From: Callorhinchus milii | Lineage: Eukaryota | Reading direction: 5' to 3' | Assembly: GCF_018977255.1 (NCBI RefSeq) | Contig: NW_024704743.1 | Location: 17,300,001-17,364,000 of the forward strand | Length of the DNA: 64,000 nt | Part shown: positions 23,299-35,200 of the stretch, one piece after another | Numbering within the stretch: position 1 is the first letter of the stretch | How the letters are laid out: every line of letters starts with the position of its first letter | Made by a program: the position numbers and the translations under genes | Notes under the pieces: generated by a model | Databases searched by the model: none | What the model saw: the letters and a program-made list of their open reading frames with translations, nothing else | What the model was told of the DNA's origin: nothing

Positions 23299-26200
23299 GT
23301 ACAGCATGAACATCATATTAGTAGAAATAGAGAAGAGAGCTCATAAATTGCAATTGATTGTTTTACTGCTGAGTTAGGTGTTGAGAGGAAGAGTAGGGTT
23401 ATTTAATGATAGTCCTGCACACGGCAGGGGGCCTATTAATGCGATCGTGGCTGTGTACTGAATAAATTGTTCAGAGTAAAGCTGTGATTGGCACTAAGTT
23501 GTAGGTGAAAACCCGAGTTGAATGTGCAGACTTGCATTACAGACCTCCAGATCATTCATATTCAATATTTTAAGAATTTCTCCATCAACGCCACATGTCT
23601 GTGATTTGATTATATTTTGGGGCATTTTGCAACAATGTAATAAGGCGCTAAATCTTATGCAAGTATTATTATGATTAAGTCAAATCCACTTTACATTGTT
23701 AAAATTGTAATATAGCTTAACTCATTGTTATTGCACTTTTTGTTGGGGCAAAGGTCCCAGGTCCCAATGAGTATCAATCTCCAGCTGTTTATAGTTGCAA
23801 TGCCTTGTTTATTTCTCCAAAATGTTTGTTTTAATCATTTGTGTTTTAATCATGCTATATGGCTATTTCTAAATATTGTTTGGTGGCTTTCATCCAGTTG
23901 ATTTCTATTTGAACTGCTTTAGTGAAACCATTTTTGACTCATGAGGAATTGCAAACGACGACCCAGATTGCCAAACGATTTTTAAGTGGGCAGGGTGCAG
24001 AGCTGCATGCAAAACTTCACAGTTGGGCCAAAGATAAAAGAAACTGGGTAAGCAAGAAGCCTGAGATAATACTGTTGCTATTTATATATAGAAGTAAACT
24101 AGTTAGAGTAACTTGAACTATAAATTGTAAACCTGTCCCTTTTTGTCCTGCAACCTTGATGTATTTGAAAGTAAGGTTCTGGGTTTGCATTCTCCAGAAT
24201 TCAGCAGTACCCTAACGCACACCCTGGGGTCCCCAAGCCTTGGCTCTCGCCAACCTGCACGGAATACTTTCTGTTATTAGGTTAGCAGGGTGCGTCCCTA
24301 CGGGGAGAGAGTGCACATTCCATTCCAACAATCTGTCTCTGGGATTTCCATGTGCAGGTGAGATGCACCGAAATCTCAGTTTGGTTTGGAAACTCTTAAA
24401 CATGGTGATGGTTTAAAAAAACCAACTTGTTTATCGTTTTAGATACCTCTATAAGACAGACAACTCCTTTTATGTTACATTAAGGCACTATGCAAATGTA
24501 ATTTTGTTGTTGTTGTAGTAGAATTGGAGGAGGCCATTCAGCCCATCAAGCCTGTTCTTTTTATCAGATCTGACTTCCTACCTGCTAATGATGTTACACC
24601 CCAGTCAGCTATCCTCTCATCTCACCAAAGACTGTTGGTATAAGTGGACAGCTGAAATGACATTGGTGTTCATAATGAATGCACAATTGGGGACATTTGC
24701 TAATCTGCAATAGAGAGCTAACTACCAACTTTAAAATGCCTTTGTGTAAAGATCACTAAAATGATACAAACGAGTCAATATTATTATAGTAATGTAGTTC
24801 TTATGTGATTAAGATAAGTTAGAATACATTAGAATATACAGCACAGAAACAGGCCATTCGGCCCAACTCGTCTACGCCGGTGTTTATACTCCATATGAGT
24901 CTCCTCCTGCCCTTCCTCAACTAAGCCTTCAAGCATAACCTTCAATTCCTTTCTCCCCCATGTACCTATCTAGCTTTCCCTTAAATACATCTATGCTAGA
25001 TGAGCCTCACAATTATGTGAACCGATTAGTTTTTAATTAGTCAGGTTTTCGACACAGGTGGAGACTCATCTCCATGCTTAAAAATATCCAAACCAGATGA
25101 GAATTCCACATATGTATGGCACCTACAAATGGAGGTTTCCCTGTGTCTGGAATGAAATGTGCATCTTTCCCTGGAGGGACACAGCCGGTTTACCTTATTC
25201 TGGATAGTGTTAGGTGCAAGCTGCCAAGAGCTGAGGGACCACAGTAGCCAGAGTATGTTTAGGGGGACTGCTGGAGTTTAACTGTCTGATATCAGTTCAG
25301 CTCCAAGGAGACCCCACTTTCCTCGCCCCCTCCATCAGAGGATAGTCAACAGTTGGTAAGTAAAACAACTTGTATACTATACCCAGTGAGGCGTTGGCTC
25401 CTTTGAAAGAGCTCATGATTTTTAGGAAAAAAGGGGGAAATGAGTCACTGGGAGGTTCTGAGTGGTCGGGGGGCACTGACTGTCTGAGGGGGGCAGTAAG
25501 TGGCCTCGGGGGCGGCGAGAGGCCTGGGGGCGGCGAGAGGCCTGGGGGGCGGCGAGAGGCCTGGGGGCGGCGAGAGGCCAGGTGCCAGCGAAAGGCCGGG
25601 GGGCGGCGAGTCACTGGGGGCACTGAGTGGTTTGGGGGGGCACTGATTCACTGGGTGCAGTGAGTATTTGGGGGGAGCGTGTGGGGGGGCGGGGAGTGTG
25701 GGGAGGCGGGGAGTGTGTGTGGGGGGGTGAGTGTGTGTGTGTGGGGGGTGCGTGTGGGGGGGTGCGTGTGGGGGGGAGTGCGTGTGGGGGGGAGCGTGGT
25801 GGGGGGCGTGGGGGGAGGGGGCGTGGGGGAGGGAGCAGCGTGTGGTTGGGGAGCAGCGTGTGGTTGGGGGGGAGTGTGTGGTTGGGGGGGAGCATGGGGT
25901 GGGGGGGGAGCGTGGGGTGGGGGGGGAGCGTGGGGTGGGGGGGGAGCGTGGGGTGGGGGAGTGTGGGGTGGGGGAGTGTGTGGGGTGGGGGAGTGTGTGG
26001 GGTGGGAGCGTGTGGGGGAGGCAGCGTGTGGGGGGTGGCAACGAGCAGCCGGGTGGGGGAGGGCAATGAGTGATCCGTTGCCAGCGATGTGGGGCAATGA
26101 GTCACTTGGGATAGTGAATGGTTGGGGTCAGGGAGTGGCCGGGAGGCAGTCAGTGATTAGGGGGGCACTGAGTGGTTTGGGGGGCACTGAGTCACTGGGG

Positions 26201-29200
26201 GCACTGAGTGGTTTGGGGGGCACTGAGTCACTGGGGGCACTGAGTGGTTTGGGGGCACTGAGTGTCCGTGGGGGCAGTGTTACAAATCGGAATTGTCTGT
26301 ATCTTATGGAGGGAAATAGTGACTGCTAGTTGAAGGGTTCTGTAATCTTTCAACCACTGAACACATTCACTGAAATTCAATTGCACGTTGGTTTTGGATG
26401 CTACTTTTTTTTGAGGATCCCATACTCCTGGTCAACGAATCCCCCAAAATAAAAAAAATGGTCACACACTCCGTGGCCTTATGGGTGACATTGCTGTGAG
26501 CAACTGGGTGTTGCATTTTGCCTACAAAATACACAGTCCCTCCGTTTCCCAGTATATCTTGTGAAACGCTTTCAGACATCCCTCCAATGTGATAAGGCAC
26601 CATAGCAAATACAAAGATTATTATTACTTCCTTGTGTAGCATCCTATTCCAGGGCACTGGCGATGACAGCACAGCCAACCTGATTCATTGGCAGGATCTA
26701 GAAGGGTAGACCAGTCACTGGGGGCAGGGAGTCATCCCACTCACTTCCTGTTAACCCTGCCATTCAAAGCCCTGATGGGTAGGGTGGTCCTAGCTGGACA
26801 AGCAGCAGGAAAGCTTGCCGGACAGCAATAGCAATGGAAGCTATGTGGGTTTTAGCTGGTTAGATTCCAGCAGTACCGCAACTCACACGCTGGGGTCCCC
26901 AAGCCTTGGTTCTTGCCAACCTCTGCCTAATACTTTCCTGAAACTAAATAAGCAGGATGCATCCCTCCGGGGAGAGAGCGCGCATTTCATTCCAACAATC
27001 CATCTCTGGGATTTCCATGTGTTGGTGGAATGTATGAAGTTCTCAGTTTGGTTTGGATACAGCTAAGCACGGTGATGAGTTAGACACCCAGCTGACACTC
27101 CAAAAAATCCAAATATATTAATGTACGATTTGCATGTTGTGTTAAATATATTTTAAGATTACTTGCTTTATTTTTGCTGTTCGACTAGCTCGAGGAATGG
27201 TGGCTGAATAGTGCATATCTGGACAACCGTGAACCAACAATGCTGAACGTGAACTTCGCAGGGGCTGCTCCCTACTTGGAGCATTACTGGGAACCAAAGG
27301 AAGGCACTCAGGTTGAAAGAGCTGCTCTCGTTGTCTATTACACGGTGGTGTTTTGGCAGCTGATCAGAAAGTAAGTTGAGTCTCGAGAATAATTAAGAAG
27401 GCGTGTAAAATGTACACCTAGGCCAAACCCTTACCTCGTGCGTAATTGACTGCTGCGTTTCGCCCACAAAATGCACAGTTAATCCACTTTACATTATATT
27501 GTGTCTTTATTACTAATGGCAAAATATCATCAAATCTCACAGATGGCAGAGATCTGCCTGCTTTGCTGTAAGCAATTCAAAGCTATGTTTCCTCCCCCTC
27601 TCCCTTTACCCGGAGAGGCTTGATCGCAGCTGGGTTTTGCTGCATGCATTGCCAGTTCCATGTTTTTTCCCAAAGCCAACTGACCCAGGCTTCTGAATTA
27701 TGTCAAGCTGATGAATTAAGAGCTTAATTGGCAGGATTTGCCCTCCTCGCACGCAGCAAATCCTCATTAATACAGCTTGTATCTATTTTGATCACTTTGA
27801 TTTAAAAGACTGCTTTATTGCGTCATGTATTCAACACCCACAGAGCTGAGCTCAGTTTCCACAAAGGGAATTGCAACATTAATTTGGAAAACGCTGCTTA
27901 GTTAATGAAATGTGCTCAAGCTCACTGGGACCAGATTTGAAAGATTTCCTCAATTCCGTGCAATCTTAAATTTTAGGAGAAAATGGTTTCACAGTCTAAC
28001 ACAAGGTCAGATTTCTGGCCTTGTGTCTCGTTTTAAGCTTGAACTGTGCTGATTTTCTTTTTACTTTATGGTCAGTGGGATCTAATGTGTTGTGAGTTCT
28101 AACCTGATAACTCAATTAAAGAGATCAGAAGTATGTTACAGCCCCCCCACCCCAACTTACAAATACCAAGTCACTACACTTTTAGAAAAGCTCTGAGACA
28201 TTCTCGATGCTACAGGAGCTAAATCAGGATGATTATTATTGTATTATACTATTACCGAGATTATTAGCAGGATTATTAGCTGGACTATCCTCCTTGGGGG
28301 GAGAGGGGTAAATGGGGTTTCCTTGGAGCTGTACTGGCTCCAAGGTAACATGCCCGACAATGGAATGTCGGAATTGAGTAGACCTCTGTGTCAGTCTCGG
28401 TAGTCCGGTTCCTGAGCCAGGCAGGTCCGTTGTATCCCAGGGCACTGCTGATGACCTAGAAGGGTAGACCAGTCACTGGGGGTAGAGAATCATCCCACTC
28501 AGTTCCTGTTAACCCTTCAAGCCAAAGCCCTGCCGGGTAGGGTGGTCCTAGCTGGACAAGCAGAAGGAAAGTTTGCCGGATAGCAATGGCAAGCTATGTG
28601 GTTTTAGCTCATCAGACTCCAGCAGTGCCCCAAAACACACACTAGGATCCCGAAGTCTTGGCTCTTGCCAACCTGCACCTCATACTTTCCAGGATTAGGT
28701 AAGCAGGAAGCATCCCTCCAGGGAGAGAGCACACATTCCATTGCAACAATCTATCTCTGGGATTTCCATGTGTAAGTGGGATGCCTGGAAAACCCAGTTT
28801 GTTTTGGATACTCTTAAGCGTGGTGATGGGTTTCCGCATATGTCAGATACCCGGCCCATTGAACAAAAAGGATTATTATCATTATTATCATTATTATCCC
28901 CATCTGACATTCCACTTTCAGAGTGGAGTTCCCACAGGTTGGTGTGATGTAATTCTGGTTCCCATTAGAAATCCTGGACAATAGACTTATTTCTCTCACC
29001 AAAGGCATTCCTCCTGATGTCTCATGCTTCTGTACCTCTCTTGGATATCTTAAAAAATAGTTTGCTGTATAAAGGTGGTGGGAATTAAAGTGATATGTAT
29101 GACTTACAGTAATCTCTTGGTGAGCCAACATCCTTCATTTCTCTTTCTAATCTTAGACAGCAACTTGCGGTACACAAAAGTGGTGCTGCACCGTTCGACA

Positions 29201-32200
29201 TGGACCAGTTCCGTATGCTGTACTGCACCTGCAGGATACCCGGAGAGACCAGAGATTCCATTGTCAACTACTTTCAGACTGGTAATTAATTTTATAATAA
29301 TATAACAATCCTTGCATTTGATATAGCGTCTTATCATGCCTTAGAGACTTCTCAAAGCGCTTCACAGAATATACTCTGTATTTTGTGGGCGAAACGCGAC
29401 AACCAATTGCACACAGCAGTATCCCACAAACAATCATGGATTGAGTGACCAAATTATTATTATTTTTTGAAGGAATTATTACCCCAGGAAAAGTGATCCA
29501 CCAATCGATTAACAACTGGGTTTCTACTTACTGTAGAAGTAAACCGAGGCGTGTGGAGTAAGGAAACGTGCTTAATGTTTCGCCCTGCCGGGAATCAAAA
29601 GCAGGTCTCTTGATTGCGAGGCAAGTGCTCTAACCTCTGAGCTACAGGACTCCACATTCAATTTTGCATTCAATGTAATCCTTACTAGACATTTGAGCGA
29701 AGTATCGTTCTACATTATTCTTCTGTAAAGAGTAGTTTGGGATAAACAGGATTCCTATGGAGGCGAGTTGCTACTGTCCTAGAAATACATGTTGGTTGGA
29801 AAAATATGATTTCTGGTTCAACACTCTAATTTGGAGGGTTAATTGTTTTGGCATTACCAGGTTTCTGACTGTATCAGCAACTGTGCCCCTAATCTCTGGA
29901 ACGACCCACCTCCATCTCGCCCCCTCTCTGTCTAAATCACATCTACCTCTTCCATCACGCCTACATCTCCTCTCCTTCTTCCTTACTCAGTGTCTTTGTG
30001 AAGTGCTCAGACGTTTTCCTACATGAAGAATGTTATAAAAATGCAGGTTGTTGTTCAGTCCAATTGTGTCTTTGAGATCTAAAAGGGAGTTTAGGGGGAA
30101 CTTCTTCGCTCAGAGGGTGATGAGAATGCGGAATTCACTGCTGGAAGCTCTACTTGAAGCAAAAAAGCATCAGTGTATTTAAGAAAAAACCTTATGTATT
30201 TGTGAGGAGGAAGGGAGTAGAGAGATTTGTGAGGAGGAAGGGAATAAAGGAATGCAGGAGAGGTGAGGGATCGTGTGGTTTATGATTTATGTGTGGTATC
30301 ATTGCAGGTAGCTCTATGCATATAACTCTTGTCAATTTACTCATATGTTCCTTAATTGCATTTTATAGTGCCTCATCACATAGAAGCTTCTCAAACCATT
30401 TCACGCAGTAATTACTGTTAACAGACTTGTCAAGAAATGTGGCTGTTATTTATGTTACCAAGGTCCCATAAATTAACATGTTGGCCAAAACAGCAGAAGG
30501 AACTCGTTGAAAACCAATGAAATGTATTATTAGTATTATTCCTGCCCTATTAATTTGTCCACTCACTCAGTGAATTCTAGCCTGCTTTATGTCTCTTGTC
30601 CTATCTGACCCATCATTGACAGATGGCCTTTCATCTGATCTGCTCCCAGGTTCATCCTGGAGTCCCTCTGACTCGATCACTTCCTCCCGTCTTTCAAGAC
30701 ACGTCTCAAAACATACTTCTCTGCTTTCAGTTGTCTTTCCCTTCCTCAGCCCCTATCCCGCTTGGCTACCAACCTCAGCTTGAGTTCTCCTCAAGCACTG
30801 TGAAATGCATCGAGATATCTTTCTGACGTGAAAGGGGCTTCATAAATGTTAATCATATTGTACTCCATTCTTTTCATTCGTTGCTAGTTATAAAATTAAG
30901 GACACCTGTAATTTCCTCTGGCCATGTGTTTACATATGGTGCATAATGCACATTTGTTCAGAAATTGGAAGGATTCTAATATCTATTTAAAATATTCCAT
31001 TTACTTTTAATCTCTTTGTAGAGGAGGAAGGACCGTGTCCGTCCCACTTGATCGTCCAATGTCGGGGTCGAGTCTTTGTATTTAACACATTGGTTAATGA
31101 ACAAATCTTGACACCACCAGAGATTTTCAGGTTTGTGCTTTCAGTATGGATAATAATAATCGTTGCAATAGATATCGCGCCTTATCGCGTCTTTGAGACG
31201 CCTCAAAGTGCTCCATCGAATGTACTGTAAATAATAATAATAATAATCCTTGCATTTGATATAGCGCTTTTCACAGCGGGAGGACATCCCAAAGTGCTTC
31301 ACAGAATATACTGTAAAGTGAATTGACTGTATATATTTGTGGGCGAACGCAGCAGCCAATTGCGCACAGCAATGTCCCACAAACAGTCGTAGATTGAAAA
31401 TGACCAATTTATTATTTTTTGGGGGGGTTTTGGAGGGATTATTATTAGGCTCTGTGTGGAGTAAGGAAACTTGCCCAAGGTTTCGCCCTCTGCCTGGAAT
31501 TAAACTCAGGTCTCTCGCTTGCAAAGCGAATGCTCTAACCACTGAGCTACAGGACTCCACAAAGTGAAGTGAATTGACTGTATAGTTTGGGGGTGAAATG
31601 CGCAGTGTCCCAAAAACAGTTGTGGATTGAATGACCAAATTATTATCTAAAAAAAANTTATTTATTGGAGGGATTATTACCCCCGGAAAAGCGATCCGCC
31701 AAACGACTAACAATTGGATTCCTACTTACTGCTAAGGAGGGTGGAGTAAGGAAACTTGCCTAAGATTTTGCCCTGCTCAGGAGTCGGGGATCTAGGTCCA
31801 CTGGCTTAACCACTAAGTTACAGGATTCCTGCAGTGGAGCTTAAATCATTATTATTGATAATAATTCTTTCAAAATCCTCATCCTCACCTTCAAGGTCCT
31901 CCATGGACTTGCCCCTTCCTACCACTGTGACCTGCTAACCCCTTATCAACCTGTCCGCCTGTTACGCATCCCCTGTCCAGCCCGTCCCACCATTGGCGGT
32001 TGGGCCTTCAGCCTCCCTGCCTCAACCCTTTTGAACTCCATCCCATAGTCCCTTCGCTCCCTTCCTTGCCTCCTTCAAGGCATGTCTCAAGACCCTCCTC
32101 TTCGGCCGTGCCTTCGGCTAACCTCCCAGCCATCCACCCTCCCTTACCCCAATTCCCCCCACCCCCTTCCCAATTCCCCCCACCCGCCTCCCAATTCCCC

Positions 32201-35200
32201 CCACCCGCCTCCCAATTCCCCCCACCCGCCTCCCAATTCTCCCCACCCCCCTCCCAATTCCCCCCACCCCAAACGCTTGGGTCCAAATTGTTGACTATCC
32301 AGCGCCTTGGGACGTCCTCCGACGTGAAAGGTAAGGCAAGGGAGGGGGTGAGGCAAGGGAGGGGGTAATTTTGTATTGTGTTGCAAGCTATCTGTTCTAT
32401 CAGCTTTCTACCACACTTAGTCCTTTTTGGCACAGCTGCATGTACATGTAAGAGCTCAGAAGAAGTGAAAGCTCCATTACTAATGTTATGTACTTGAAAT
32501 GTTGACTGAGGCCTAAAATTACCCTGAAATTATCATCTTTTACATGTGACATGTTACATTTCGTCAGTTTGCATTTATGCATGCAAGGATTTATTATATA
32601 AATTACCGATGAATTAGTTTTCAATGTTTTCTTGCACTTAGGGGTGATAGGCAGATGGGTGAAGAAACAGTAAGATATTGTGAATGAAAAAACACAGAGC
32701 AGATGGGAAAGAGGAGAAAAAAAGCAAACAACAACGACAACAACATTTCATTTGTAGAGCGCCTTTCACGTCGGGAGGACGTCCCAAGGCGCTGGACAAT
32801 TGAGTCGGGACCCGAGCAGGGGGGAAATGGTCAGGGTGAGGGGAGGGAAGGGAGGGAGCGAGGAGTGGGTAGAGTCGAGAGGGGAGCTGAAGGCACGGTC
32901 GAAGAGAAAGGTCTTGAGACTGGCCTTGAAGGAGGAAAGGGTGAAGGCACTGGGGGATGGAGTTCCAGAGCACAGGGACAAGCTATGATCAAGGGTCACT
33001 GAGGGGAGCTCCTTCAGCCTAGTGTGACTTGGATCTGCTGGGTTTGTTTTGGACAGGGAACTTTCACTTCCTCTTCTTCTGAGTTCTAATCTTCGTTGTG
33101 TAAATCGTAGCACCAGAATAGAATCGATGTGATAGAGAGCTGATTGAGTAGACAGATTGCACCTTGTTCTATGGTCCTCTTGTGGATGGGGGAAGGGGAA
33201 GCAAAGCTGCATCTCCTTGAAACTGAGTTGGCTCCAAGATACCGCCAATGGAATAACAGAATCGAGTTGAGCTGATCCCCACCATTCTCGCCCGGCTTCA
33301 CTGTCTCCCCATCCCCCAGGGGATCAAGTTTAAGATCCTACTCCTGGCTTCCAGAGATCTTCACGGTCTTGCTCCTCCCTAACTCTGTGACCTACTAAAA
33401 CATTACCAACCTATCTGATCCCTCCACTCGGCGGGCACCAGCCTGCTCCATGTCTGCTGCCCTGCCTGCTCCACCATCAGCCTTCCTGCCCCCACCATCT
33501 GGAACTCCATCTCAGAGCCTCTCTGCCTCACCCCCTTCCTCGCCTCACGGCCTTCCTCGCCTCAGCCCCTCCCTCGCCTCAGCCCCTCCCTTGCCTCAGC
33601 CCCTTTTTTGCCTTCCTATCTAAGACCTTCCTCTTTGACCGTGCCTTCAGTCATCGTCCGACCTCCGCCTCTCCCTTGTCCTTCACCTCTCCCTTGTCCT
33701 TCACCCCTCCCTTGTCCTCCACCCCTCCTTCTCTCTTGACTACAAACCCCGCTTGGGTGCAAACCCTTGACTGTGAAGCACCTTGGTACATCTTCCTGAT
33801 ATGCAATTTGTAATCTCAATAGACTGGTTCCTGAGCCAGACAGTCTACATTACTCCAAGGCACCTGGAGTTAATTGGAGAATGTCCCTTTTGGATCTTTA
33901 TCCTAACATCCCAACTAATTTTCTACCTGTGTTGTGTGTTCCAGCTTCTGAAACTTTTTGTTAGATACAGTACAGTTCAAAAGATTTATTGATTTGAGTT
34001 AATATTAATTTGTGCTGAAATCTCAAATGTTCATCAAGTCTCTTCCTCACTGAGCTGATCTTGTCCTACAGACAGTTGACATTCATCAGGGAACTGTGTG
34101 GAAAGGAACCTGAAGGACCAGGTGTCTCAGCTCTGACTTCTGAAGCGCGAACAAAATGGGCGAAGGTACCGGCTGCAGCTTCCAATTACTGCCACCTTCA
34201 GAGCCCTTAAGTAGATTATAAATTCCGCTTTCAGCTGTGAGATCTGGTGTTGGAGTGTTTAGAGTTTTAACGTTAAGCGGGAATGCTGAAGCCACTAAAA
34301 AATTCTAAATCTCACGTTTGCTGCCCTTTAACTGGGGGCAGGGAATCATCCCACTCAGCTCCAATTGACCTAGAAAGCGAAAGCCCAAATGAGGAGGGTA
34401 GTCCTAGCTGGACAAGCAATGGGAAAGCTTGCCAGATAGCGATATCAGTGGCAAGCTATGGGGTTTTAGCTGGTTAGACTCCAGCATTACTCTAATGCAC
34501 ACTTTGGGGCCCCCAAGCTTTGGCTGTTAATACTTGCTGGAATTAGGTAAGCAGGATGAGTCCCTCCAGGGAGAGAGTGCGTATTCCATTCCAACAATCT
34601 GTCTCTGGAATTTCTATGTATAGGCGGGATGTATGAAATTCTCAGTTTGGTTTAGATACTCTTAAGCATGGTGATAGCCTTCCATATGTGTCAGACATCC
34701 AGCTGACCAAAAAAAAATCATTCTTTATCAGATAGATAATTATTTGGGGAGGACAAGTTTGAGGGAATGTGGGGAGAGCGCGGGGAAGTAGGATTGATTT
34801 GGGTAGCTCTTTTCAAAGAGCCAGCAAAGACACGATGGGCCAAATGGCCTCCTTCTGAGCTGTGTAATTCTATAATTTTATGACGAGGTGTCAGGCTGGC
34901 TCATTTGATATAATGCCTTATGTCGTCAAAACGTCTCAAAGCGCTTAACAGGATTTTACTGTAAAGTGTAGTGACTGTGTATCTATGCAAATGCATGAGC
35001 CAATTTTTGCACACAGCGGTACCTCACAGATTACCTATTTTGTTTGGGGGATTGTTGGCTAGGACAGGCTGGGAGAAACTCCTCTTTTCAAATTGTGCCA
35101 TGGGATCTTTAACTGGCAAATGGGACATAGTCATGTAGAAGGAGTAGAGACAAGAAATGCTGTATAGTGGAGGGTCTGTTGATTGTGATCTTGGAAGAGG

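Noticed and set aside
25297..26329. Pro/His- and Gly-rich ORFs
   Set aside because: Products of G-run tandem repeats inside a CROT intron.
28436..28600. Hammerhead, twister or HDV-like ribozyme in family X
   Set aside because: CTGATGA is closed by a stem but GAAA and NUH are missing; twister-like words (TAA, GGTCCTAGC, GCAGAAGG) do not give P2/P4 pairing; HDV strand order does not fit. Left to a covariance search.
31658..31658. Ambiguous base N
   Set aside because: Assembly ambiguity in an A run, not biology; mild sign of homopolymer uncertainty.
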